Shown one piece after another: positions 1 to 9,659 of a stretch of DNA of 64,000 nucleotides. Numbering within the stretch: position 1 is the first letter of the stretch; each line of letters opens with the position of its first letter. The stretch lies in assembly GCA_002762785.1 (NCBI GenBank), contig PCXY01000005.1, positions 188,796 through 252,795 of the forward strand, written 5' to 3'. Under the pieces are notes generated by a model that worked only from the letters and a program-made list of their open reading frames with translations, searched no databases and had not been told where the DNA came from. The position numbers were made by a program, and so were the translations under genes. This DNA is from Candidatus Woesearchaeota archaeon CG10_big_fil_rev_8_21_14_0_10_45_16. Lineage in GTDB: Archaea; Nanobdellota; Nanobdellia; Woesearchaeales; GW2011-AR9.

Positions 1-4
1 TGAG

Positions 5-2896
5 ATGTACAAAGATAATCTATTTAAACCTAAAAGGATAGCTTACAGCAGTGTTGTCGGCGACCTTTTCCATTACGGTCATCTTCAGTCTCTTCAATAT
101 GCAAAATCCATATCAGATTATTTTGTTGTTGGCGTGATCACCGACGAAGGGGTTGAATCATACCGGGCCAAGCCCGTAGCTAATTTTGAAGAAAGGAAAG
201 CCGTCATCGAGAACCTACGATGTGTCGACCGGGTGATGGTGCAGAAAACGCGTGATCATACAGAAAACCTGATGAAACTCCATAGCGAGTTTCCGGATGC
301 AGAACTGATCCTGGTGCACGGAGACGATATCGCTGACATCCATGGAAAAGATTATGCTCTTCAGATAGGAGGGAGGGTCGCAGTCCACCCCTATTATAAT
401 CGTCTCTCAACATTTAAGATTATCCAGCATATACTGGAACAGAAAGACAAGATAAAGGATCTTACGACGTTCTCAAGCCTAATACAAAATGAGAGCGCAA
501 GAAAGAATATCCAAAATAAGATCATCATCTCGACGAAAGCGAACACTCTTGACGCCCTCAGGCCTCTTCTCAAACTATCAAGGATAGAAGATCTTTATTT
601 TTTTACGACCAGCGACTGGATGAACAAGAAAGAAAGGATACTAAATACGATCAAGGGAAGGTTCGGGCCGGCGAAGATTGTCATACGGAGTTCAGCGACA
701 AACGAAGACACGTTAGAGTCCGCAAATGCCGGCTGTTATGAAAGTATCCTGAACATAGATTCAACGGACGAATCAGAGATAGAAAAGGGGATTGAAGAAG
801 TTCTTGACTCATACAGGTCAAAGGATGCACAAAGCTCTTTTAATCAGGTCTTGGTACAGAAACAGACGGAAGGTATTATCATGAGCGGAGTCGTCTTCAC
901 AAGAACGCTTGAGTGGAACGCACCATATTATGTCATCAACTATGATGACGTCTCTGGCAGCACCGATTCGGTGACAGCAGGAAGAGAGAGCCAAAGTGTC
1001 TGCATTTCGCATTTCTGTGAAGATGCACCTGATAACATGAAAGATCTCATAAAAGCAGTGAAAGAGATCGAAGAGATGATCCCGGGAATACCTCTCGATA
1101 TTGAGTTCGCTGTCACGCAAAATGGTGAAGTCATTATCTTCCAAGTAAGGCCGCTGGCCACCAATATCAGGAAGAAAAAGAACGATTTTCTGGTGCGCCA
1201 GAAGATTACAGCTTTAAAAGAGAAGTTCAGATCTTTGAGCGTACCTCTGACGCATGTTGAGGGAGAAAAAACTATCTTCGCTGATATGCCGGACTGGAAT
1301 CCTGCCGAAATAATTGGAGACAGGCCAAACCACCTTGATTTTTCTCTTTATGATTACATCATCACTAATAGATCGTGGCATCTGGCCAGGACGTCGCAGG
1401 GCTATTTTGACGTCAAGAAAGCCCCTTTAGTAGAACTCTTCGGTGTCAAGCCATATATTAACGTAAGGTACTCTTTCAACTCATTCACGCCCGCTTCTTT
1501 ACCGAAAAAGACGCGAGAGAAGCTCGTCCAATTTTATCTAGAAAAACTCAAAGAGAACCGTCATCTCCAAGACAAGATAGAATTCGAGATAGCTTTCACC
1601 TGTTACGATTGCTCTTTCCCAGAGAAAATACGAGAGCTTCGAGAACACGATTTCAGTGATGAAGAGATAGAGGAGATAAGGTCTTCTATCCTTGATCTGA
1701 CAAACAGATTAGTCTCCGATGGTTTGAAAGATATCAATGATGATCTTAAGACGGTCTTCTCATTGGAGAAGAGAAGAGAAGAGATTATATCCCCAGCCCC
1801 TAATGTTCCTAATCCTTCCGAGATCATAGGATATGCAAAATTGCTTCTTGACGAATGCCATGAGAAAGGCACCATCCAGTTTTCAAGGCTAGCTCGCCTT
1901 GGATTTATCGGGAAGATCATCCTAAATAGCCTGGTATCAAAAGGAGTGATTACATCCAATCTTTATGATAAAGCTTTTTCATCCATCGAAACTGTGGCGA
2001 CGGTCTTAAGCAATGATTTTGATGGTCTTTGTTCGGGAAATATTTCCAAGAGCGATTTCCTGCGTAAGTATAAACACCTCAGGCCAGGAACCTATGACGT
2101 AACGTCGCCTCGTTATGAAAACAATGACAAGTTACTATCGACATCGGTGGTCTTCAAGGATAATCATAGGAAAGAAAATTTTGTGTTGGATGGAGATGAC
2201 AAAAAGGCTATTGACCAAGAACTTCAACAACACGGTTTTACGTTTGATAGTAGGCATCTCTTCCGTTTCTTTGAGGAAGCGACCAAGGCGCGTGAACTGG
2301 CTAAATTTGAGTTTACAAAAAATCTTTCTGATGCCCTCGAACTGGTGGCTGATGCCGGAAAACTGATGGGTTTTACACGAAAAGAAGTCGCCATGCTTGA
2401 TATCAACGACATCTTCAAGATGAAAAATCAAGATATCACGAAGATGACGGCCGATTGGCAGGATCTGATAAAAGCCAGAGAACAGAAAAGAAATATTGAT
2501 ATGATGCTTGAACTTCCAGCCGTCATAAGAGACGAAGGGGATTTTGATATCGTTACACACTACCTAGCGAAACCAAACTTCATCACCCAAAAGACCATAA
2601 CATCTCCTATCATGAACATCGCCGAGATCGATCACCAGGATGTTCCTAATTTAGCTGGAAAAGTTGTTCTTATTGAGAACGGTGACCCAGGCTACGATTG
2701 GATCTTCACCAAAAATATCGGCGGTCTTATAACTAAGTATGGTGGTGTCGCCTCGCATATGTCTATCCGCTGTGCAGAGTTCGGCGTCCCTGCCGCCATC
2801 GGCTGCGGCAACGTCTTATTCAATAAATTAGTAAAAGCTAATACAGTTACTTTAGATTGCGCGAAACAGATGATAGATATCAGAGGCTTACGATGA
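5..2896 (+). CDS. Tri-domain fusion of an N-terminal TagD-like cytidylyltransferase with a PEP-synthase/PPDK-type ATP-binding domain and a C-terminal PEP-utilising phosphohistidine swivel domain. The PEP/pyruvate TIM-barrel domain is absent.
   Basis: The HxGH motif 'FHYGHL' with 'VVGVITDEG' lies near the N-terminus. The ATP-grasp-like block 'KIVIRSSATNEDTLESANAGCYESI' follows. The C-terminal mobile His domain reads 'GGLITKYGGVASHMSIRCAEFGVPAAIGCG'. The reading frame is continuous for 963 aa. Confidence 0.7.
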   Translation: MYKDNLFKPKRIAYSSVVGDLFHYGHLQSLQYAKSISDYFVVGVITDEGVESYRAKPVANFEERKAVIENLRCVDRVMVQKTRDHTENLMKLHSEFPDAELILVHGDDIADIHGKDYALQIGGRVAVHPYYNRLSTFKIIQHILEQKDKIKDLTTFSSLIQNESARKNIQNKIIISTKANTLDALRPLLKLSRIEDLYFFTTSDWMNKKERILNTIKGRFGPAKIVIRSSATNEDTLESANAGCYESILNIDSTDESEIEKGIEEVLDSYRSKDAQSSFNQVLVQKQTEGIIMSGVVFTRTLEWNAPYYVINYDDVSGSTDSVTAGRESQSVCISHFCEDAPDNMKDLIKAVKEIEEMIPGIPLDIEFAVTQNGEVIIFQVRPLATNIRKKKNDFLVRQKITALKEKFRSLSVPLTHVEGEKTIFADMPDWNPAEIIGDRPNHLDFSLYDYIITNRSWHLARTSQGYFDVKKAPLVELFGVKPYINVRYSFNSFTPASLPKKTREKLVQFYLEKLKENRHLQDKIEFEIAFTCYDCSFPEKIRELREHDFSDEEIEEIRSSILDLTNRLVSDGLKDINDDLKTVFSLEKRREEIISPAPNVPNPSEIIGYAKLLLDECHEKGTIQFSRLARLGFIGKIILNSLVSKGVITSNLYDKAFSSIETVATVLSNDFDGLCSGNISKSDFLRKYKHLRPGTYDVTSPRYENNDKLLSTSVVFKDNHRKENFVLDGDDKKAIDQELQQHGFTFDSRHLFRFFEEATKARELAKFEFTKNLSDALELVADAGKLMGFTRKEVAMLDINDIFKMKNQDITKMTADWQDLIKAREQKRNIDMMLELPAVIRDEGDFDIVTHYLAKPNFITQKTITSPIMNIAEIDHQDVPNLAGKVVLIENGDPGYDWIFTKNIGGLITKYGGVASHMSIRCAEFGVPAAIGCGNVLFNKLVKANTVTLDCAKQMIDIRGLR

Positions 2897-3570
2897 AGAT
2901 CGCTATTTCCCAAAGACAGGACCAGAACAGACACGGAGATTGGGTAGACAGCCTAGAACAAACATATGGAGTGTATTTTCAGCAGTTTGGAATTTCACTG
3001 ATACCGATACCAAATACGACTATCGACGTTGCGTCACTTTTGGATTCTTTAGAAATTGAAGGGATAATCCTTTCCGGCGGGAATGATATCAATCCTGAAA
3101 GTTATGGAGCAGCTAGGAAGGAAGGAATATCTTTAGCCTTAGGACGGGACGAGGTCGAAAGAGAGATGCTCAAGTATGCTCTCGACAAAAATCTCCCTGT
3201 TCTGGGAATCTGTAGAGGGATGCAGTTCATTAATGTTTATTTTAAAGGAAAATTGGTGGATTTTAAAGCGACCGGTTATGAACATCTCCCAAGAATGGAT
3301 CATACAGTGATGATAAAAGAATTCACCGAGTTGAGTGGTTCTAGAGTAAATTCTTTCCATAATTATGGTATCAGAATAAATGATCTGGGGAATGGTTTGA
3401 AGCCATTTGCAATTACAGAAGATGAAAAAACAGTTGAGGGGTTCTACCATTCCTCACGACCGATAGCAGGGATCGTCTGGCATCCTGAACGGCAAAGTCC
3501 TGATCCTGTTTTCAATGAGAAGATCATGAAAGCTTTTGTTTCAGGAGAATTATTCTGGAAGAAAAAGTAA
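2893..3570 (+). CDS. Class I glutamine amidotransferase-like protein of the peptidase C26 / gamma-glutamyl hydrolase family
   Basis: The Cys nucleophile motif 'GICRGMQ' is present, with 'VWHPE' near the C-terminus. The ATG at 2893 overlaps the upstream stop as ATGA; the track start at 2857 is a TTG. Confidence 0.65.
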   Translation: MKIAISQRQDQNRHGDWVDSLEQTYGVYFQQFGISLIPIPNTTIDVASLLDSLEIEGIILSGGNDINPESYGAARKEGISLALGRDEVEREMLKYALDKNLPVLGICRGMQFINVYFKGKLVDFKATGYEHLPRMDHTVMIKEFTELSGSRVNSFHNYGIRINDLGNGLKPFAITEDEKTVEGFYHSSRPIAGIVWHPERQSPDPVFNEKIMKAFVSGELFWKKK

Positions 3571-3581
3571 AAAAAGGAAAA

Positions 3582-4568
3582 CTAACGCAAAAAGCGTAGC
3601 AGAGTTCCTGACGGGATCTCTTGTGGTGAAAGAAGTTTCATCCCGTTGTAACCATCTGTTTCTTGTCTTCTATCAAAATCCATCGTCCGGGCTATCTGCA
3701 TCCTGTCTGCAAATTTTGTTTTATCTGCATCATATTGAACTCTTACTTCAAAGAAGCCGCCTTGGTCAAAGCTGCCCTCGGCATTGGCGTAAAGATCGTT
3801 ACCGTCGTTGCCCATCGGAACACCACGGACAGCGTTGAATAAAGCTTCGATACCAAAAGTGTGGGTTGCGCCCTGCACAACTCTTTGTCGTCCCTCAGAT
3901 AACTTTGGGACCAGATATGCGAGACCTCTCTGAGCAACCTGCTCTGGAGTTTCTTGGATCCTATCGTCTCCTTGATCCATAGCCACGGTCGCTTGATAAC
4001 GGAAACTTCCTGACGGGAATCTTCCTTTGTTTTCGGGGGTGCTTGATTCCACAAACAATTGATTGCCTTCATGATCCTCTACTAACTTACCATCAACATA
4101 GGCAAAAAAAGCAGGTTCTCCTAATGCCGGATGGCCGGCTTTGTCTCCAACAAACGTCAACCTGTATGGCGCGGCAGTAGCTTTGACAGCTGGCGCCATG
4201 GCATGAACACCGTTGATCTTAGCAACCGGAACGCCCCCTTTCAAAAGCTGGGCGTTATTCATCCCGATGTTTACATTACGTATAGTCTCAACGCAACGTA
4301 CTAAAGGAGAAGCAGTATAGAAAACTGTATCCTTTGCTGGATCAAATCCTTCAGGAAGGCTTAAATCTTGAGCATTAAGCCTGATCTCCAGCATAGATTG
4401 TGGTGAGATATGTGCTTCATCATCTGGACTTACACCAGCACCAGCCCAAGCTGTATATTGGCCATCTACTGAAGAAGTCTCCTCTCCAAAATTGACGAAA
4501 TCGCGAGCGCCGTGACGAAAGACACGAAGTACTCGTTCTTCCCAACGGTTAGTATTTACATTTGCCAT
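3582..4568 (-). CDS. Hypothetical protein of 328 aa with no recognisable family, no signal peptide and no TM segment
   Basis: This is a long ORF with coding-like composition. Its GC looks slightly higher than that of its neighbours. Confidence 0.5.
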   Translation of the reverse strand: MANVNTNRWEERVLRVFRHGARDFVNFGEETSSVDGQYTAWAGAGVSPDDEAHISPQSMLEIRLNAQDLSLPEGFDPAKDTVFYTASPLVRCVETIRNVNIGMNNAQLLKGGVPVAKINGVHAMAPAVKATAAPYRLTFVGDKAGHPALGEPAFFAYVDGKLVEDHEGNQLFVESSTPENKGRFPSGSFRYQATVAMDQGDDRIQETPEQVAQRGLAYLVPKLSEGRQRVVQGATHTFGIEALFNAVRGVPMGNDGNDLYANAEGSFDQGGFFEVRVQYDADKTKFADRMQIARTMDFDRRQETDGYNGMKLLSPQEIPSGTLLRFLR

Positions 4569-4698
4569 TTTATATTCCTCCTAAACACCTACCCTCTGCT
4601 CAGCTTGAATCACGAGGAACCATTTATAAACATGATGGAACTGTGGTCTAAGATGCTTCCATAATTTATATAAACGACAGACCTTAAAATTCTCACAG

Positions 4699-5487
4699 AT
4701 GAAAGCGATAATTCTCGCAGCCGGCATGGGCACCAGATTAGGGAAATATACTGAAAGCCTGCCAAAATGCATGCTCAATTTCAACGGCAAAACCCTTATC
4801 GAGAGACAGGTGGAGACTCTTAGAAAATGCGGAATAACTGATATCACCATTGTCAAAGGATATATGCCAGAGAAGATCGATATACCCAACACTAAAACGT
4901 ACCTCAATTCTGATTATCCAAACACCAACATGGTAGAAACCCTTTTCTGCGCGGAAGCGGAAATGGATGACGACATCCTGATCTGTTACGCTGATATCAT
5001 CTATGAAGAGAAGGTTCTCCAGACGATATTAGATAGTCCATCAGATGTCGGCGTCACCGTCGATGAAGATTATTGGGAATACTGGCAGTCACGAGCGGAT
5101 AACCCCGAGGACGACATGGAAAGCCTCATCATCGAAGATGGCAGGATAGTCGATCTGGGAAATACTAAGTGCACCAGGGAAGACGCGAAAGTGCGTTATG
5201 TTGGCCTTATCAAATTATCAAAAGCCGGCGTTCAAAAGCTACGGGAAGTCTATCATCAGAACAAGATAGATCATTTTCTTAAGAACAAGCCATGGCTGCG
5301 GTCAAAGTCTTTCAAGAAAGCTTATATGACCTGCCTGATCCAGGCCCTTATCAACAGCGGACAGGAAGTGAAGCCGATCACCATCAGAAGAGGCTGGCTG
5401 GAGTTTGATACTGTTGAAGATTATGAGAGATATGTTAGCTGGGCTGATGAAGGAAATCTAGGACGTTTCCTGAGTCTCGACAACTAG
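4699..5487 (+). CDS. LicC-like nucleotidyltransferase, probably a CTP:phospho-alcohol cytidylyltransferase
   Basis: The N-terminal 'MKAIILAAGMGTRLG' motif followed by 'PKCML' is typical of the LicC / sugar-phosphate nucleotidyltransferase fold. Confidence 0.7.
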   Translation: MKAIILAAGMGTRLGKYTESLPKCMLNFNGKTLIERQVETLRKCGITDITIVKGYMPEKIDIPNTKTYLNSDYPNTNMVETLFCAEAEMDDDILICYADIIYEEKVLQTILDSPSDVGVTVDEDYWEYWQSRADNPEDDMESLIIEDGRIVDLGNTKCTREDAKVRYVGLIKLSKAGVQKLREVYHQNKIDHFLKNKPWLRSKSFKKAYMTCLIQALINSGQEVKPITIRRGWLEFDTVEDYERYVSWADEGNLGRFLSLDN

Positions 5488-6234
5488 GGCTTTCTTGTCA
5501 AGTCTCTTCAGGCCGCGGACCGTCGAGTAAAGCTTTCTTAAGAATTCTAAGAAGAACAAGGCTGAGTAGATCAGTGCTAGTTCAACAGGACGGTTGAAGA
5601 TTATCAGGAAAAACAGAAGGTTGAACGGCTGACCCCTTCGCACGATCTCCACAAAAATACGGTTGATGATACTCTTGTTACGGAAAGAGACACTTTCGCT
5701 ATAGACCTTCATGACAACTTCCCGCTTCTCATCTTTGAACCAATAAGGGTTGATGCGTATCAGTTTTTCCAACAGCCAGAAAAGGACTCCTGTCAAAGTA
5801 ATGATCAAGTAGAAGACATTTCCGTTCATTGAAAAATTAGCGATCGCCAAAGCGATAAACACGATAGGCGTGCCGAAGAACAACGCTAACTGCTCCAGGT
5901 AGGAACCAAGCATGCTGAACCGCCCTGTCATCCTGGCAAGGTTACCGTCGACATGATCACCGATGTAGGCGACGAAATTGAATAATATGAGTGCTAGGAT
6001 ATTATACCAATAATCTCCTAATGAAAACAGATATGCTGCCACCAGTTGGAGCATAATCCAAGATGAGGTCACCATGTTAGGTGTTATCGGCGTGCGGGCT
6101 AGTAGAGCTGCCGGATAAAGACTGATCTCCATCCAGAAACGTTGCGAAGGGCTCCAACATTCTTTTCGGCCTTTGGCAAGCATTTCGCCGAAAGTTTTCT
6201 TACCGGTCATCATGGTCCGCAAACGATGGATCAT
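5458..6234 (-). CDS. CDP-alcohol phosphatidyltransferase family membrane protein
   Basis: The family motif 'DHVDGNLAR...G...D' is present along with multiple hydrophobic helices. Confidence 0.7.
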   Translation of the reverse strand: MIHRLRTMMTGKKTFGEMLAKGRKECWSPSQRFWMEISLYPAALLARTPITPNMVTSSWIMLQLVAAYLFSLGDYWYNILALILFNFVAYIGDHVDGNLARMTGRFSMLGSYLEQLALFFGTPIVFIALAIANFSMNGNVFYLIITLTGVLFWLLEKLIRINPYWFKDEKREVVMKVYSESVSFRNKSIINRIFVEIVRRGQPFNLLFFLIIFNRPVELALIYSALFFLEFLRKLYSTVRGLKRLDKKALVVETQETS

Positions 6235-6248
6235 TTATATATTTAACG

Positions 6249-6296
6249 AATTAGAGAATTAGAGAATTAGAGAATTAGAGAATTAGAGAATTAGAG
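6249..6296. repeat. Perfect tandem repeat (AATTAGAG)x6 ending 4 nt before the cmk ATG, in the divergent intergenic region
   Basis: The repeat is read directly from the sequence: 'aattagag' occurs six times with no mismatch. Confidence 0.95.
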
Positions 6297-6300
6297 AGAT

Positions 6301-7083
6301 ATGGCCCAAAACAACAGCTTCTTTTCCACAAGCATTTTAAAGACATCGACAGCACAACTGAGCATGGATATCTTTGATGTCATCACGATCGACGGCTCCT
6401 CATTCACCGGAAAGTCTACCACTGCTAGAGCTCTAGCCAGGATGACCGGCTACCAGCCTTTAAATACCGGAGCGATATATCGAGCTGTAGGGTTCCTGAA
6501 ACAACGGAACAACATCCCTGATGATGATATCCAGCAGATAGTCAAGATGGTGCAGGGTCTTAAAATAAGATATTCCTATGAAAATGAAGCTCCAAAACTG
6601 ATGGTCGATGATGAGGATCTTTCATTTGTCATCAAAGACAGCTCACTGGTGCCTTTAGCGGCGCAAGTAGCCGGGATTCCGGCTGTCCGCGAAGCCCTTC
6701 TACAAATCCAGCGCGACATAGCTGCCAAAGGGAAGTATATTGTCGAGGGACGAGACACTGGAACAATCGTATTCCCTAATGCTCGGTGGAAATTTTTCAT
6801 AGATGCCGATATTGATGTCAAAGTAGCCCGCTTTTTTAAGACACTCTCGGAAGAAGAAAAAAAGAACTATACTTTTGAGCAGGTCAAGAAAATGCTGATT
6901 GAAGTAGACGAGAAAGATCGAGCTAGGAAGGTTGCTCCTCTTCGGCAGGCTGAAGATGCCATCTTTTACGACAACTCAGAGAGTCCGACGCCAGAGCAGG
7001 ATGCGGTTGTTCTTTGGTATCATATAACCCATGCAGCTGAGATCAAGAAAAATTACCCGAATATACTTTCTAGATTGAAATAG
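6301..7083 (+). CDS. cmk: Cytidylate kinase (CMP kinase)
   Basis: The P-loop 'ITIDGSSFTGKST' and overall Cmk-like layout are present. At 260 aa it is somewhat long for this family. Confidence 0.6.
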   Translation: MAQNNSFFSTSILKTSTAQLSMDIFDVITIDGSSFTGKSTTARALARMTGYQPLNTGAIYRAVGFLKQRNNIPDDDIQQIVKMVQGLKIRYSYENEAPKLMVDDEDLSFVIKDSSLVPLAAQVAGIPAVREALLQIQRDIAAKGKYIVEGRDTGTIVFPNARWKFFIDADIDVKVARFFKTLSEEEKKNYTFEQVKKMLIEVDEKDRARKVAPLRQAEDAIFYDNSESPTPEQDAVVLWYHITHAAEIKKNYPNILSRLK

Positions 7084-7141
7084 ATCAATAGCCTGCCTGC
7101 TAAATTCTTTTTGATGGTTTGGTATCCCGCCAACTATCTCT

Positions 7142-8593
7142 TCAGAACTGGAAGTAGAAGAACTGTACTGTCTGGGTCGGGCTGAAGAAGTACAGCAGCA
7201 GACACATCCCCGTGAGATAGATGGTCCATTCAAAATAACCTTTCTGGGCGACGGAAGAGACAAAACCCCTCTTGAAATAAGTCAGAGTATGTATGATCAT
7301 AAATACGATGACGAAAAATAAAGGCACCTGAAACTGCGGCAGGAGGCTGCCAAGCTGGGCTGACCATCCCGAGAAGTCAACAAAGATAAACTTCTTGACC
7401 GCATAGAGGATGTAAGAAGGATCATAGAGGCGGAAGATAAGGAGCGACAACACGAAAAGGTATAATGTGAAGAGGGTCTTGATGAGATTATGAAAACGAG
7501 GGAATGAAGATAATTTAGTCTTTACAGCCAGACGCTGGCGCCAGTCCCGGGTAGCCATGCCGATCAGCAGGAAAACTCCATGTAAAGTTCCCCAAATCAC
7601 GAAGTTCCAGCCAGCGCCGTGCCAGAGGCCGCTAGTAAAATAGACGATAAGGACAGAAATATAAAGCCTAGTCTTGGTGAAACCTTTTCTCATCAGCGGC
7701 ATAAACAGATAATCACGGAACCAGGTTGAGAGAGAGATGTGCCAGCGCTTCCAGAACTCAGCGATCGTCTTGGAGAAGAACGGCTTGTCAAAGTTAAGAG
7801 GGAAATGGAAACCCATGATCCTGGCCAGGCCGATAGCGACGTCAGAATATCCTGAAAAATCGCAATAGACCTGGATGGTGAAAGCGATAGCGCCGACGAT
7901 GATGGGAATACTTCCCGGGTAGGCTGTCGGATCGGCAAAAAAGACGTTGACAAAAGCAGCGATATTGTCAGCGATAACCATCTTCTTGACCAGACCCCAC
8001 ATCACCAAAGCCATGCCGTGCTTGAAGTTTTCTTGGGTGATGGTGATCGGCTTGTCAAGCTGCGGCAGCAGGTCAGAAGCGCGGATGATCGGACCGGCTA
8101 CCAGCTGCGGGAAAAATGAGACGTACAAGGCAAATCTCAGGAAGGAGTCTGTCGGTTTCAGCTTGCGGAAATAGATATCCAGCGTGTAACTCATGGTCTG
8201 GAAGGTGAAGAACGATATCCCGATCGGCAGGATGATGTGGGCTAACGGCAGATGGGGATCATTGCCGAACCAGGAAGCGACCATATTTGTCGTCTTTATA
8301 GCAAAGTTAGTGTACTTAAAGAAAGCCAGGACTCCCAGGTTGCCGATGAGACTGACGGCAAGATACCACTTTCTGTTCTTATCGCTTTTCGAATCATGGA
8401 TAGCTTTCCCACAGAAAAAATCCAGCAAAGAAGAAAACAACAAGAGGACGACCAAAGGGCCGCTTGAAAAATAGTAGAAAAAGTAGCTGGCGAAGAGCAA
8501 GAACAGATACTGGTACTTCCTAGTTTTTACAATCAGAAGGAATAAAAGAACAACAACAGCAAAATAGAGGAAAGGAACGCTGTTAAATAACAT
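7142..8593 (-). CDS. MBOAT family membrane O-acyltransferase of the DltB/AlgI type
   Basis: The conserved His motif 'WHISLSTWFRDYLFMPL' is present in a polytopic protein. The start was trimmed to the 'MLFNSVPFLYF' Met so that it no longer overlaps the upstream gene. Confidence 0.8.
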   Translation of the reverse strand: MLFNSVPFLYFAVVVLLFLLIVKTRKYQYLFLLFASYFFYYFSSGPLVVLLLFSSLLDFFCGKAIHDSKSDKNRKWYLAVSLIGNLGVLAFFKYTNFAIKTTNMVASWFGNDPHLPLAHIILPIGISFFTFQTMSYTLDIYFRKLKPTDSFLRFALYVSFFPQLVAGPIIRASDLLPQLDKPITITQENFKHGMALVMWGLVKKMVIADNIAAFVNVFFADPTAYPGSIPIIVGAIAFTIQVYCDFSGYSDVAIGLARIMGFHFPLNFDKPFFSKTIAEFWKRWHISLSTWFRDYLFMPLMRKGFTKTRLYISVLIVYFTSGLWHGAGWNFVIWGTLHGVFLLIGMATRDWRQRLAVKTKLSSFPRFHNLIKTLFTLYLFVLSLLIFRLYDPSYILYAVKKFIFVDFSGWSAQLGSLLPQFQVPLFFVIVFMIIHTLTYFKRGFVSSVAQKGYFEWTIYLTGMCLLLYFFSPTQTVQFFYFQF

Positions 8594-9551
8594 CGTACTC
8601 ACCCCTGGCGATACGTTCCGATAACAGGCGTGAGCCTTCACGGTTTAGGTGTGTAAGGTCGGTGAAATATTCAGCAGAAAAATCGGTTTCGATGTTGACA
8701 AGCCTGAAGCCGATGATCTCTGACAATCCTTGGATGTAATCATTATACTGCTGAAGAGAATCGGCAGGAACAACGTTAAAGGTAATAGGATTCATCGGCA
8801 TCTGGACGACGACCACTTCGATACCTTCTGCTTTTAAAGAAGCGGTGAGATACGCAAATGCTTCCCTCTCTCTTCGCGGGTGATCACCAAAACTGAATAT
8901 GCCCAAGACTTTTGGATCCTGAAGCTTTTGTTCCAGTTCTTCCGCTGATTGGATATCCTCAAACTGATGGGGATTCTTTAGGTTGTTACCAGCAGGTACA
9001 ACAGCTTCCGAGGAAGAGGACCGGTGCAGGAAACTCAGGAAGTAAGGAAGGATGAATTTTCTTTTGTAAAGAAGACGCTGGAACCTGTTCATGGAGATCA
9101 GTTCCAGTTCGTCGCTATCTAGTCTCTCCAAAAGATAGGAAGAAGGGGTGACGGATGATGACATCAACATGAAGAAATCGTCGTTCTGGTTGATGGTCTC
9201 ATCAAATGATGCAGGAGTGATGCCGATCACGACCTTGCTTGGTCTAGCAGAGATTATCAAATCTTTCTGAAGAGCTACTTGGAACGGCCTCATGCCAGCT
9301 ACGCCTAGGTTGAAGCACGGCGGAGAATCTTTGAGAAGATCCTCGATGACCGTGCAGTCGACATCTTCCCTGATCTGGCTGTCCCCTACAAATAAGATAC
9401 TCCCGTCTGGAACTTCAGCATAAAGATGAAGAACCTCCACGAAATGATTGCCCTGAGCGCCGAACTGAGAGAAATTATAAGCGAAAGAGCAGTAGAGGCC
9501 GGTACTAAGAAGGACTGCCAACAATGGAAAAAACAGATACTTCAGGTTCAT
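8583..9551 (-). CDS. SGNH-hydrolase-like protein of the DltD/AlgX type
   Basis: An N-terminal hydrophobic anchor is followed by block I 'FVGDSQ' and block V 'DLTHLN'. Confidence 0.55.
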   Translation of the reverse strand: MNLKYLFFPLLAVLLSTGLYCSFAYNFSQFGAQGNHFVEVLHLYAEVPDGSILFVGDSQIREDVDCTVIEDLLKDSPPCFNLGVAGMRPFQVALQKDLIISARPSKVVIGITPASFDETINQNDDFFMLMSSSVTPSSYLLERLDSDELELISMNRFQRLLYKRKFILPYFLSFLHRSSSSEAVVPAGNNLKNPHQFEDIQSAEELEQKLQDPKVLGIFSFGDHPRREREAFAYLTASLKAEGIEVVVVQMPMNPITFNVVPADSLQQYNDYIQGLSEIIGFRLVNIETDFSAEYFTDLTHLNREGSRLLSERIARGEYDVI

Positions 9552-9659
9552 GCACCCTCAGGAATGGGGCCGATTTAAATATTTTTAGTTTTTAAAGGTA
9601 GTAACAAAAAAGGACCTTATTTCCTAAAGTTTAAAAAGGGCTGATCAGGTAAAGACAGT

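Noticed and set aside
3582-4568. I considered a phage major capsid or encapsulin-like identity for the 328-aa unknown protein.
   Set aside because: The idea rested only on general composition. I could not align it to lambda gpE, HK97 gp5, P2 gpN or encapsulin sequences from memory, so it is left as hypothetical.
6249-6296. I considered whether the 8-bp tandem array could be a CRISPR array.
   Set aside because: The units are contiguous with no spacers and far too short, so this is a simple microsatellite. No CRISPR repeats were seen anywhere in the window.
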